Shown piece by piece: positions 47,718 through 57,016 of a DNA stretch of 64,000 bases. The DNA is taken from contig DASWKR010000035.1 in NCBI GenBank assembly GCA_036396535.1, positions 128,944-192,943 of the forward strand, read 5' to 3'. The translations under genes were made by a program, and so were the position numbers. The notes below the pieces were generated by a model. The model was not told the DNA's origin. It did not search any database and saw nothing but the letters and a program-made list of their open reading frames with translations. The first letter of the stretch is position 1; each line of letters begins with the position of its first letter. The DNA comes from Acidimicrobiia bacterium (GTDB lineage Bacteria > Actinomycetota > Acidimicrobiia > Spongiisociales > UBA5794).

Positions 47718-48257
47718 TCAGGACCCGATGATGATGCTGCCGGCTGCCGCGAACGGGCCTTGGTAGACCAGCCGGATGCCGTCCTCCAACCGGACGAGGT
47801 AATGGGCAGCGAGGATCTCCTGACCTTCTTCCGTCGGTTCCTCTCCTTCGCGCACGACGACATCGGCGGCCGCTTGGTCGTCGAGCACGTGCATCGTGAG
47901 AATCGGCGGAAAGCGCTCGACGATGTCCTCGACGATCGTCTGCAGGTCGATGTCGGTGAGCGCCGCGTAGCTCGTCGGGTCGAGCAGCACCACGACGGTG
48001 TCACCGTCCAGTCCTTCGACTCGGCTCACGATCCGATACTCAGGGCGCTCGAGCACTGATGTCGTCGACGACTGCTGAGAGGACGTCGAGCCGGAATCCG
48101 CCGTCGTCGAGGTGCTGGGCGCCTCCGTCACCGCACGGGCGGAGAGGGAGCCGTCGGCGGGCGCCGTCGTCGTCGTCTGCGCCACATCGCCGCCGGAACA
48201 CGCGGTGACGAGCGCGGCGCTCACGATCACCCCACCGGCTGCCACCGCCCACCTCAT
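47718..48257 (-). CDS. hypothetical lipoprotein with Ser/Thr-rich linker
   Basis: Signal peptide plus lipobox (ALVTACSG), then a T/S-rich segment and a C-terminal domain of about 110 aa. Confidence 0.45.
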   Translation of the reverse strand: MRWAVAAGGVIVSAALVTACSGGDVAQTTTTAPADGSLSARAVTEAPSTSTTADSGSTSSQQSSTTSVLERPEYRIVSRVEGLDGDTVVVLLDPTSYAALTDIDLQTIVEDIVERFPPILTMHVLDDQAAADVVVREGEEPTEEGQEILAAHYLVRLEDGIRLVYQGPFAAAGSIIIGS

Positions 48258-48308
48258 CGGGCCAGCCTACCGCGGAGCCCGCCGGCCGGCCCGGTGCTCG
48301 AGGTGGCT

Positions 48309-48722
48309 TCAGGGCCGGCCGGCGGCCCACTCCTCGTAGTCGACGCCTGCCAGCCACAGCTCGGAGTGGACCAGGCGGAACCTCCTGCGGACGTCGTCGA
48401 ACAGCTCGGGCGACGGGCTCACTTCGAGGCCGATCCGGCCGATGTCGAGGGTGGGACGCCACGCCTGGGCTCCCAGCACGGAGTCGACCCTGCCCTCCCA
48501 ATCCGCCTCGTCGATCGCGTCGACCTGATGCCCGCTCCTCGCCAGCTTCTGCGCCGACCTGAGCGCCCGCCGCACGTGCCTCATGACGTCCTTGGCAGGT
48601 GGATCGAGGCCGATCTCGGAAGCCCACTCGGCGAAGGACTGCTCACTCCAACCTTCGGGTGACGTCACCACGGCGCGGTAGAGGTCGTCGATCCGTTCGA
48701 TGAGAGAGAGGTGGTTGGTCAC
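48309..48722 (-). CDS. hypothetical protein (translationally coupled to upstream aminotransferase)
   Basis: GTG start overlapping the aminotransferase stop (GTGA). Real-looking composition (VTNHLSLIERIDDLYRAVVTSPEGWSEQSFAEWASEIGL...); the rest of the 381-aa track ORF upstream is an Arg-rich artefact. Confidence 0.4.
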   Translation of the reverse strand: MTNHLSLIERIDDLYRAVVTSPEGWSEQSFAEWASEIGLDPPAKDVMRHVRRALRSAQKLARSGHQVDAIDEADWEGRVDSVLGAQAWRPTLDIGRIGLEVSPSPELFDDVRRRFRLVHSELWLAGVDYEEWAAGRP

Positions 48723-49549
48723 GTGGTCTCGCGCCGCACCAGATCGTCGAACGCCGCCGCCAGCTTCGGCACCGTTGGCCCCGAGCTGCACGATCGATCT
48801 CCGATAGCGGCGATCGGGAGGACCTCCTTGTTCGTCGACATGGCGAACGGCTCGGCGGCGCTCGTCATCTCGTCGAGGGAGAACCTCCCCTCCTCGACTG
48901 CGATCCCGAGCTGGGCGGCGAGCTCGAGCACGACGCCCCGGGTGATCGATGCGAGCACCCCGAGCTCGAGCCCGGGAGTGGCGAGCACGCCGTCCCCGAT
49001 CCACCCGACGGAGTAAGTCGGCCCCTCGAGGACGGCGCCGCTGCGTCCCAGGAGGAGGGCGTCGTCGAAGCCGGCACGCTGCGCTGCCATGGTCGCCGCC
49101 AGGTTCGGTGCGTACGAGAGGGTCTTGGCGCCCGTCAGCTCGGATGCCATCCCATCGGGATGCCACGGGGCGACGACCGGCCGGACCCGGAACGGAACCG
49201 GGACGCGGCCGAGCGACTCGGCCATCACGACCGTGTGTCCCCGCGTGCTCGGCCGCCCCTCCGAGCCTCCTCCCGTCACGAGGATCCTGACCACGCAGTC
49301 GCCGCCGGCGCCCGCCCGATCGGTCACCCATGCCGCCAAGGAGGACGGGTCCGGAAGCTCGAGAGCGAGCAACGAGGCGCTCGTCTCGAGCCGGCGCAGG
49401 TGCCCCTCCAAGCGGAACGGGACGCCTCCGTACGCCCGGATCGTCTCGAAGCACCCGTAGCCGCGCTGCAGGCCGGCGTCCATCACCGAGACGGCCGCAG
49501 AGTCGAATGGCACGGCGACCCCGTCGACGAGCACGTCACCGAACATCAC
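48719..49549 (-). CDS. aminotransferase class IV (aminodeoxychorismate lyase / branched-chain or D-amino-acid aminotransferase-like)
   Basis: Fold-type IV PLP pattern (GYGCFETIRAYGG...; LxGxT region); 276 aa, ATGA-coupled to nadE. Confidence 0.7.
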   Translation of the reverse strand: MMFGDVLVDGVAVPFDSAAVSVMDAGLQRGYGCFETIRAYGGVPFRLEGHLRRLETSASLLALELPDPSSLAAWVTDRAGAGGDCVVRILVTGGGSEGRPSTRGHTVVMAESLGRVPVPFRVRPVVAPWHPDGMASELTGAKTLSYAPNLAATMAAQRAGFDDALLLGRSGAVLEGPTYSVGWIGDGVLATPGLELGVLASITRGVVLELAAQLGIAVEEGRFSLDEMTSAAEPFAMSTNKEVLPIAAIGDRSCSSGPTVPKLAAAFDDLVRRETT

Positions 49550-51255
49550 GATGGGCGGTACCCGTTCGTGATGGGGAGCCTCCTGTCGCGCCCGAACGCC
49601 TTGCGGGAGATCCGCACGCCCGGAGGCGCTTGGCGCCGCTTGTACTCGTTGCGATCCACCATGCGCGCCACCATCCGCACGAGGTCCAGGTCGAGGCCGC
49701 CGCCGACGACCGAGTCGACGGACATGTCGAGCTCGACGTAGCGGCGGAGGATCTCGTCGAGGATGTCGTAGTCCGGCAGCGAGTCCGTGTCGAGCTGTCC
49801 GGGCCGCAACTCTGCGGATGGCGGCTTCTCGATGATCGCCCGCGGGATGACCTCGATGTCACGGTTGCGCCACTCCGCCAGCCGGTAGACGGTCGTCTTG
49901 AACACGTCCTTGAGCACCGCGAACCCGCCTGCCATGTCGCCGTACAGCGTGGCGTAGCCGACCGCCATCTCCGACTTGTTGCCGGTGGCGACCACCATCG
50001 AGCCGAACTTGTTCGAGATGGCCATGAGCACGGCTCCGCGGATCCTCGCCTGCAGGTTCTCCTCGGCGACCCCGGGAGGTGTGTCGGCGAAGACCGGGGC
50101 GAGCGTCTCGAGGTAGGCGGCGAAGACGTCGTCTATCGGGACGACGTCGAACCTGCACCCGAGCCGCTTGGCGAGGTCCTCCGAGTCGCGCCGCGAGCCT
50201 TCCGAGCTGTAGCGGGTCGGCATCGTCACGCCCAACACGGCGTCGGGGCCGAGGGCGTCGACGGCGATGGCGCACGTGAGGGCGGAGTCGATCCCTCCCG
50301 ACAGCCCGACCACCACGTCGTGGAAACCGTTCTTTCCGACGTAGTCGCGCAGGCCGGTCACGAGCGCCGTGTAGACCTCGGCTTCCTCGGACAGGCGGGG
50401 CATCGTCGCCGGCGGCGCCGGCCCGGCCGTGCCGCGTCCCCTGACACCCGGGAGTGGCACGGCCCCGGCAGGGGGAGCTTGCGGACGACCGACCGGGAGG
50501 TCGACGATGAAGCGCTCCTCGGTGAACTGGGACGCCATGTAGATCTCCGCGCCTGCGCCATCGAACACCATCGATTCGCCATCGAAGACGAGCTCGTCCT
50601 GGCCGCCCACCATGTTGAGGTAGACGACCGGCACGCCGGAGCGCCTCGCCTCGCTCGCCAGCAGCCTGGCCCGCTCCCTCCCCTTGCCCTCGTGGTATGG
50701 CGAGCCGTTGATGTTGAGGAGGACCACGGCGCCGCCGTCGGCCTGCACGGCAGGCGGTCCCGTCGGTGACCAGATGTCCTCGCACACCGAGATGCCGAGA
50801 GGGACCCCGTCAAGCAGCCAGATCCGTCCCGGCTGGCGGCCGCGCACGAAATACCGAGCCTCGTCGAACACCCCGTAGTTCGGGAGCAGGACCTTGTGGT
50901 ACACGCCGCCGATCCGTCCGTGGGACACGACTGCCGCGGCGTTGGCGATGCCACGCGCCACCGCGTCATCGTCGGGACCGTCGAATGAGACCCGGTCGAT
51001 GAAGCCGACGACTGCGGTGGTCTCGCGAGACGCCGCCGCGATCTGCTGCAGCCCCTCCAGGTTGGCGTCGACGAAGCCATCGCGCAGCACCAGATCCTCA
51101 GGTGGGTAGCCGGTGACCGCCAGCTCGGGTAGGAGGACCAGGTCGGCATGGTGTGACTCGGCCCACGCCATGGCGTCGAGGATGGAGGCGACGTTCGCTG
51201 CGATGTCACCGACGTTCGTGTTGATCTGGGCGCAAGCGATACGCAGCCGCTCCAT
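49546..51255 (-). CDS. nadE: glutamine-dependent NAD+ synthetase
   Basis: N-terminal nitrilase/CN-hydrolase domain (MERLRIACAQIN...LVLLPEL) plus a C-terminal NAD synthetase domain with the SGGIDS P-loop. Confidence 0.85.
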   Translation of the reverse strand: MERLRIACAQINTNVGDIAANVASILDAMAWAESHHADLVLLPELAVTGYPPEDLVLRDGFVDANLEGLQQIAAASRETTAVVGFIDRVSFDGPDDDAVARGIANAAAVVSHGRIGGVYHKVLLPNYGVFDEARYFVRGRQPGRIWLLDGVPLGISVCEDIWSPTGPPAVQADGGAVVLLNINGSPYHEGKGRERARLLASEARRSGVPVVYLNMVGGQDELVFDGESMVFDGAGAEIYMASQFTEERFIVDLPVGRPQAPPAGAVPLPGVRGRGTAGPAPPATMPRLSEEAEVYTALVTGLRDYVGKNGFHDVVVGLSGGIDSALTCAIAVDALGPDAVLGVTMPTRYSSEGSRRDSEDLAKRLGCRFDVVPIDDVFAAYLETLAPVFADTPPGVAEENLQARIRGAVLMAISNKFGSMVVATGNKSEMAVGYATLYGDMAGGFAVLKDVFKTTVYRLAEWRNRDIEVIPRAIIEKPPSAELRPGQLDTDSLPDYDILDEILRRYVELDMSVDSVVGGGLDLDLVRMVARMVDRNEYKRRQAPPGVRISRKAFGRDRRLPITNGYRPS

Positions 51256-51304
51256 CCGGGCGAGGTTACCTGCGGGGGTGACGACCGATGCGAGACGACG
51301 AGCG

Positions 51305-52468
51305 TCAGGTGCCTCGCACGGTCTCCTCGATGAGGAAGTCGACGACTGCCAGCAGCGCCTCCTGCTCGGACGAGCCGCCGGCGATGGCCGCCCGGTAGAC
51401 GCCGAGCTGCTTGTCTGCGCTCGTCCCCTCGCTCACGATCGTCCGAAGGTGGTGGATCTCGCCCACGCACCCGAGCATCTCGGCATCCGGCTCGACCCGT
51501 GATATGAGCTCCTCGAGGAGCGCCGGGTACGGGACGAGCTCGCCGAGGCCGAAGTCGATGAGCGGCTCCGAGAAGCCGTAGCGCTGCGCCCGCCACAGGT
51601 TCTCCTCGATGAGCATCCGCGAGTAGATCCGCCAGCGTTGGTTCGTCGTGCGCATGCGGTAGAGCATCGAGAGCAGGCAAACGAAGGCGGCTGCGATGGC
51701 CAAGGCATCGTCGATGCTCGTGCAGATGTCCGGGCTGCGCATCTCGAGGGTGGGGTACCGGGCGCTCGGCCTGACGTCCCACCACAGCCGGGTGGCGTCC
51801 TCGATCACGCCGGCGTCGACGAGGACGGCGACGTGCCTGCTGTAGTCGGCCCAGGTGGAGAACTCATCCGGGAGCCCTGTGCGAGGAAGCGTCCTGAAGA
51901 TGGAGGTGCGGTAGCTCTTCAGCCCGGTGTCCTGGCCTCCCCAGAACGGAGATGACGTCGACAGCGCCAGCAGGTGGGGCATGAAGTAGACGACCTGGTT
52001 CATGAGGTCGATGCGCAAGTCGGGATCCTCGATTCCGACGTGCACGTGCATCCCGCAGATCACGAGCCGCTGGGCGACTCCCGCCATGGCCTTCGCCAGG
52101 AGCCGGTACCGCTCCTTGTCGGTGTGCTGTTGCTCGCTCCACGCCGCAAACGGGTGAGTCGACGCCGAGATCGGAGCGAGCCCGAAGTCGCTGGTCACGT
52201 CGGCGATCGTCCTCCGGAGACGCTTCAGGTCGGCCCTCGCCGCCGCCACGGTCGGGCACACGTTCGTACCGACCTCGATCTGGCAGCGGAGGAACTCGGG
52301 ACTGACCTGTGGTCCCAGGATCTCCTCGCACCGGCTCATCAGGCCGTCGGGAAGATCGCGGACGAGGTCCCGCGATTCACGGTCGACGATGAGGTATTCC
52401 TCCTCGATCCCCATCGTCAGCTCGGGGCGTGGCACCCCCATGCGGCTCCCTTCACGGTGGCGGCTCAA
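51305..52468 (-). CDS. carboxylate-amine ligase, glutamate-cysteine ligase family 2 (YbdK/GCS2)
   Basis: MGIEEEYLIVD start motif and GMHVHVG are GCS2 hallmarks. Confidence 0.75.
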   Translation of the reverse strand: MSRHREGSRMGVPRPELTMGIEEEYLIVDRESRDLVRDLPDGLMSRCEEILGPQVSPEFLRCQIEVGTNVCPTVAAARADLKRLRRTIADVTSDFGLAPISASTHPFAAWSEQQHTDKERYRLLAKAMAGVAQRLVICGMHVHVGIEDPDLRIDLMNQVVYFMPHLLALSTSSPFWGGQDTGLKSYRTSIFRTLPRTGLPDEFSTWADYSRHVAVLVDAGVIEDATRLWWDVRPSARYPTLEMRSPDICTSIDDALAIAAAFVCLLSMLYRMRTTNQRWRIYSRMLIEENLWRAQRYGFSEPLIDFGLGELVPYPALLEELISRVEPDAEMLGCVGEIHHLRTIVSEGTSADKQLGVYRAAIAGGSSEQEALLAVVDFLIEETVRGT

Positions 52469-52528
52469 GTTACCGCCGCGGCGGGATCGATGACTGGGAA
52501 ACCGGGACTCTCGGTCGGGGACCCTCGC

Positions 52529-53545
52529 TCAGTCGATCACGAGAAGGCCCGCTGCCTGCAGGCTCACCCTGAGTCGGTCGCCGTCACCGGGGCGAACCGA
52601 GATGGTGAGCACTCCCCCACCGCCGTGTGGCGAATGGCGCAACTGGATGTCGCGGACGTCCACCCCGGACTCCTCGAAGGCGTGGCCGACCTTGCCGAGC
52701 TCGCCCGGCCGGTCTGCCAGGGCGATGCTCACAGACGTGACTCGGGCCGTGAGCGACGAGCGGGCATCGCGGGCCGCGGCGAGGAGGCCGCCGAGGGCTG
52801 GAGCGTCGACCAGGCTGGCCTCGAACTCGTCGAGCCTTCGCTTGAGGCGGGCGAGCGTCGCCGAGACCGCCTCCCGGTTCGCATCGAGCACTTCGACCCA
52901 CAGGGCAGGGTCGGAGGCGGCCACCCTCGTGAGGTCGCGGAAGCTGCCGGCGGCGAGATCGAGGGCTCCGTCTGCGCCGACGGCCTCCGTCACGAGCGCC
53001 GCCGCCAGGAGTTGCGGCACGTGGCTGATGGCGGCGACCAGCTCGTCGTGGGCCACCGCGGTCATTCTCACCGGGCGGGCGCCGAGCAGCCGGACGACGC
53101 CCTCGACGGACGCAAGATCCGCTTCGGAGGCTCCGTCCGTGGCGACGACCCAGGCGGCTCCCTTGAAGAGCGAGCTCGAGGCCGCCTGCGGACCACTCAC
53201 CTCGCGGCCCGCCATCGGGTGCGTGCCGACGAAACGGGCCCCTCGGGCGGCGGCCGACACGATCGGCGCCTTCACGCCGGCAACATCGATGGTGAGCACC
53301 TCCCCGACGAGGTCGGCCACTGCGTGGCGCGTCGCCCGCGGCGGGAGGGCGATGACGAACAGGTCGGCTCCTACGGCGACATCGCTGACACCGGCAGCGG
53401 TCTCGTCGAGGGCGCCTCGCTCAAAGGCCGTCCGGAGCGTTCCTTCGTCCTCATCCCAGCCGCGCACATGCCACCCTGCTTGCCGCAGCCCCATGCCGAT
53501 CGAAGCACCGATCAGGCCGGTTCCGAGTATTCCTGCGACCGGCAC
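52529..53545 (-). CDS. tyrA: prephenate dehydrogenase with C-terminal ACT domain
   Basis: Rossmann start GILGTGLIGASIG and GTHPMAG motif; C-terminal ACT-like segment (LTISVRPGDGDRLRVSLQAAG). Confidence 0.8.
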   Translation of the reverse strand: MPVAGILGTGLIGASIGMGLRQAGWHVRGWDEDEGTLRTAFERGALDETAAGVSDVAVGADLFVIALPPRATRHAVADLVGEVLTIDVAGVKAPIVSAAARGARFVGTHPMAGREVSGPQAASSSLFKGAAWVVATDGASEADLASVEGVVRLLGARPVRMTAVAHDELVAAISHVPQLLAAALVTEAVGADGALDLAAGSFRDLTRVAASDPALWVEVLDANREAVSATLARLKRRLDEFEASLVDAPALGGLLAAARDARSSLTARVTSVSIALADRPGELGKVGHAFEESGVDVRDIQLRHSPHGGGGVLTISVRPGDGDRLRVSLQAAGLLVID

Positions 53546-53548
53546 TGA

Positions 53549-54562
53549 TCAGAGCGACTTGCCGACGATGGCGGCGAGGTCGCGGACGTCCGCCATGAGG
53601 GCGGCGAACTCGCTGGGGAGGATCGCCTGGGCGCCGTCGACGAGCGCCGTCTCCGGCGCCGGATGGACGTCCACGAGGAATCCGTCCGCCCCGACGGCCA
53701 CGGCGGCGCGAGTCAGCGGAGCAACCAGCTCGCGATGCCCTCCTGAATGGCTCGGGTCGACGATGATCGGTAGGTGCGACAGACCCTGGATGACGGGGAC
53801 CGCCGAGATGTCGAGGGTGTTGCGGGTCGACGTCTCGAAGGTGCGGATGCCGCGCTCGCACAGGATGACGTCGTGGTTGCCCTCCTTGTAGATGTACTCG
53901 GCGGCGTTGAGCCACTCCTCGATCGTCGCGGTGAAGCCCCGCTTGAGCATCACGGGCTTCGGCTGGCGTCCGAGCTCTGCCAGCAGCGTGAAGTTGGCCA
54001 TGTTGCGAGTACCGACGCGGATCAGATCGGCGTACGAGCTGATGAGCTCGACGTCGCGGGGATCGAGCACCTCGGCGACGAACGGGAGCCCGAACTCGGC
54101 ACGCGCCTCGGCGAGCAACTCGAGCCCCTTCTCGCCGAGACCCTGGAACGAGTACGGAGAGGAGCGCGGCTTGAAGGCGTCGCCGCGCAGGATGTTGGCA
54201 CCGGCAGCCGCAACCGCCTCGGCGGAGGCGAACAGCTGATCCCTGGACTCGACGGCGCACGGGCCGGCTATGACGCCGAAGCTGCCCCCGCCGACGGCGA
54301 CCCCGCCAACCTCGACGATGCTGTCCTCCGACTGGAAGTCGCGGCTCACGAACTTGAACGGCTTGAGGACGGGCACGGCTCGCTCGACCCCTTGGAACGC
54401 CTCCCATGGGAGCTGCTGGATGACGTCGCGATCGCCGACGGCTCCGATGACCGTGCGGAAGCGGCCCTCCGAGACGTGCGCCTCGGCCCCGATGTCGGCG
54501 AGACGCTCGATCACGTGCCGGACGTCCTCGGCGGTCGCATCGCGCGCCATGACGATTATCAA
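53549..54562 (-). CDS. DAHP synthase type I-beta with N-terminal ACT/ferredoxin-like regulatory domain (second paralog)
   Basis: Regulatory domain LIIVMARDATAEDVRHVIERLADIGAEAHVSEGRFRTVIGAVGD, then a catalytic core about 60% identical by eye to 39328..40392 (VIAGPCAVESRDQ...LPIIVDPSHS). Start is TTG 54562 or ATG 54550. Confidence 0.75.
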   Translation of the reverse strand: MIIVMARDATAEDVRHVIERLADIGAEAHVSEGRFRTVIGAVGDRDVIQQLPWEAFQGVERAVPVLKPFKFVSRDFQSEDSIVEVGGVAVGGGSFGVIAGPCAVESRDQLFASAEAVAAAGANILRGDAFKPRSSPYSFQGLGEKGLELLAEARAEFGLPFVAEVLDPRDVELISSYADLIRVGTRNMANFTLLAELGRQPKPVMLKRGFTATIEEWLNAAEYIYKEGNHDVILCERGIRTFETSTRNTLDISAVPVIQGLSHLPIIVDPSHSGGHRELVAPLTRAAVAVGADGFLVDVHPAPETALVDGAQAILPSEFAALMADVRDLAAIVGKSL

Positions 54563-54751
54563 GGACTCATCTCCTGTTCCGCTGTCCCGCGTCCGCACCG
54601 CTTCGGCTCCTCCCCGGCGTTGATGGTAAACCCGGGTGACCCGAGTCGGACCGGGTGAGGGCGACCGGGTCGTCGTGCACGCCCCGGCCCGCCCCGCCCC
54701 CCGCTCCGCCCCCCGCTTGCAAAAGTTAGCGAAGTGCGGCATGATGCAAGC

Positions 54752-55108
54752 ATGGCCAACAAGGCTCTCCTCGACCTCGGAGACTTCATTCGGCAACAGC
54801 GAGAGCGTTCTGCCATGTCGCTGCGCAAGCTCGCAGACGTTGCCGGCATCTCGAATCCGTACCTGAGTCAGATCGAGCGAGGACTGAGAACCCCATCGGC
54901 CGAGATCCTCAAGTCGATCGCCAGGGCCCTGTCCATCAGGGCTGAGGCGCTCTACGAACGGGCAGGGTTGCTCGAGGGTATCGAGCGCCCCACCGTCGTC
55001 GAGTCCATCGATGCGGACAACCAACTGACCCACGGTCAAAAACAGGCGCTGGTGCAGATCTATCACAGCTTCACCAGCGAGAACCAGAACAACCAGGAGG
55101 AGTCATGA
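54752..55108 (+). CDS. HTH XRE-family transcriptional regulator
   Basis: LRKLADVAGISNPYLSQIERGLRTPSAEILKSIARAL is a Cro/C1-type HTH. Its stop overlaps the start of the next gene (ATGA). Confidence 0.6.
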   Translation: MANKALLDLGDFIRQQRERSAMSLRKLADVAGISNPYLSQIERGLRTPSAEILKSIARALSIRAEALYERAGLLEGIERPTVVESIDADNQLTHGQKQALVQIYHSFTSENQNNQEES

Positions 55109-55626
55109 AGACCCAGGAAATCGCAACGAAGGCGCTCTATGCCGCCGTCGGGGCGCCCGTCGTGGCGAGCCGTCGAGCCCGTGAGTACGGCGCCAAGCTC
55201 GCCGGATACACGTCGAAGGTCGCCGACGGAGCCCAGGACCAATTCGAAGAGCTCTCGCTCGAGGGCGAGAAGGTCATCGATCAGATCCGGAGCCGCAACG
55301 TGGTCGAGGACATCCAGAGCCGCGTCGACCTCGACAAGGTGCAAGGCAAGGTCGACAAGCTGCGCGACCAGCTCGAGAACGCTCTCACCGCGTGGCGCGA
55401 GAGCTTCAGCCCCGAGGTGAAGCCGGCGCCGAAGGTGGCTCCCGCCGCCAAGGAAGCGCCTGCCCGCAAAGCGACTGTCGCCAAGACGGCACCCGCCGCC
55501 AAGGCGACGACCACCAAGAGCGCGACGACGGCCAAGAAGGCGACGCCCGCGGCCAAGCCGGCCGCCAAGAAGACCGGGACGGCCGCCAAGCCGGCCGCCA
55601 AGAAGGCAACCACGACGACGAAGTGA
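55105..55626 (+). CDS. HbhA-like / histone-like protein with coiled-coil N-domain and Lys/Ala/Pro-rich C-terminal repeats
   Basis: N-terminal pattern ALYAAVGAPVVASRRAREYGAKL...; C-terminus with 9x (P)AAK/AKK repeats (KVAPAAKEAPARKATVAKTAPAAKATTTKSATTAKKATPAAKPAAKK...), resembling mycobacterial HbhA/Hlp tails. Confidence 0.5.
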   Translation: MKTQEIATKALYAAVGAPVVASRRAREYGAKLAGYTSKVADGAQDQFEELSLEGEKVIDQIRSRNVVEDIQSRVDLDKVQGKVDKLRDQLENALTAWRESFSPEVKPAPKVAPAAKEAPARKATVAKTAPAAKATTTKSATTAKKATPAAKPAAKKTGTAAKPAAKKATTTTK

Positions 55627-55696
55627 CGATCTCCGGCGAGATCAGGGAAGGGGCCCTCCGGGGCCCCTTCGTCGCGTGGAATGCCGTGCCCGCCTA

Positions 55697-56101
55697 CTAG
55701 TGCGTGACCATGGCGGCGAGCGCCTTGGCACTCTCCACCCAGCGATCCACCATCGACTCCGTCGGGAGCCTCCGCACCAGCTTCTTCTTGGCGTTCACCT
55801 CGACCATGGCCTTGAGGAGGTTGGCGGCGTTGCGGCGCCGTAGCTCCTTGACCGTGTCCACGCCGGCGGCCTCGAGGAGGTCCGAGTACTCCTCGCCGAT
55901 CCCGTTGACGCGCATCAGGTCGGCCCGGTTGACCCACGCCAGCAAGGTCGATTCCGAAACGCCGGTCGATTCCGAGAGCGCCTTGCGACCCCTCTTCCCC
56001 CCCGCCACCCTCAGCAGCTTCTCCGTCGTGCGCACACCGGATTTGCGCAACGTCGTCGCATGCTTGTGGCCTATCCCCTCGATCGCATCGATCGACGCCA
56101 T
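55697..56101 (-). CDS. DUF4332 domain protein (tandem helix-hairpin-helix)
   Basis: Two HhH motifs (IDAIEGIGHKHATTLRKSGVRT; LMRVNGIGEEYSDLLEAAGVDT). Confidence 0.5.
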   Translation of the reverse strand: MASIDAIEGIGHKHATTLRKSGVRTTEKLLRVAGGKRGRKALSESTGVSESTLLAWVNRADLMRVNGIGEEYSDLLEAAGVDTVKELRRRNAANLLKAMVEVNAKKKLVRRLPTESMVDRWVESAKALAAMVTH

Positions 56102-56216
56102 CCTCCGTCCTTTCGGCTACGTCGCCTGGTGCTGACCCCACCGCGGCGGCGCCCGGGTCCGTGGGGCGACGAGCATACCGACCGCGCATGGCGGCTCGCC
56201 AGACCTCGGAGACCCG

Positions 56217-56807
56217 TCAGTGAGGAGCGACCTCGGCGAGGTCGAGCGGCGACTCGACGCGGCGCGGCGCCAGCTGGGTCACCCAGACCTCGTCCATCCA
56301 GTTCGAGTGGGTGACGAGCAGTTGGTCGAGATCGGCGTCTCCTTCGATGCCCATCAGCCGCTGCCAGATCTCGGCGGCGACCAAGTAAGGGGCACCGTGT
56401 GCATAGCGGTAGCGGGCAACCGTCATCGGCTTGCGCATGCCCCGCTCGACGACGGCGGCGACGACGTCCGGGGCGATGTTCGGCTGGTCGGCGTGGGCGA
56501 CGAGGGCGCCGTCGAATCCGCCGATGCGCAGCAACAGGTCGAGGCCGACCCGCAGGGGTGCCGCCGAGCCCTCTGCCCACTCGGAGTCGATGACCACGAT
56601 GGCCGGCGTCAGTTCGACCGCTTCGGCGACGGCCTCGCCGTCCGGCCCGAGCACGACGACGACGGCGGCGACCGGCCACTCGAGCGCCTGCGACACGACG
56701 TGCTCCACGAGGGTCGAGCGGCCGTAGGGGGCGAGGAGCTTCGGCCCGTCGAAGCCGGTGCCCGGCGACGTGTCGAGCAGCAGCGCCGCCGTCTGGTGCA
56801 ATGCCAT
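56217..56807 (-). CDS. MobA-like NTP-transferase domain protein (divergent glycine-rich loop)
   Basis: LLLDTSPGTGFDGPKLLAPYGRSTLVEHVV aligns to the MobA/MocA xAGxSxRMGxxKxLL region, but with substitutions. Confidence 0.45.
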   Translation of the reverse strand: MALHQTAALLLDTSPGTGFDGPKLLAPYGRSTLVEHVVSQALEWPVAAVVVVLGPDGEAVAEAVELTPAIVVIDSEWAEGSAAPLRVGLDLLLRIGGFDGALVAHADQPNIAPDVVAAVVERGMRKPMTVARYRYAHGAPYLVAAEIWQRLMGIEGDADLDQLLVTHSNWMDEVWVTQLAPRRVESPLDLAEVAPH

Positions 56808-57016
56808 GCTTGCAACGGTAACGGTCCGGTGGGGACTCGGATCGCGCGGTAGCCTGCGGTCGAGAGGCCGCTCGAGCCGTACGGGCGGAGGCGGGGCTCA
56901 GGGGAGGCGGAGGACGGTCCATGCGCTGGCAGGGCCGTCCTCTTTCGCGGACACGGATGGGTGCACCTCCCCAGGTCGTCTGGCAGACTTCGGCGACACT
57001 GGACGCAGGAGGAAGC

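Noticed and set aside
56921-57016. ATG-initiated 32-aa N-terminal extension of alanine dehydrogenase
   Set aside because: Ald homology begins at LIGVPTEIK, immediately after a GGAGGA SD; the extension is Arg/Trp-rich and unconserved in character.
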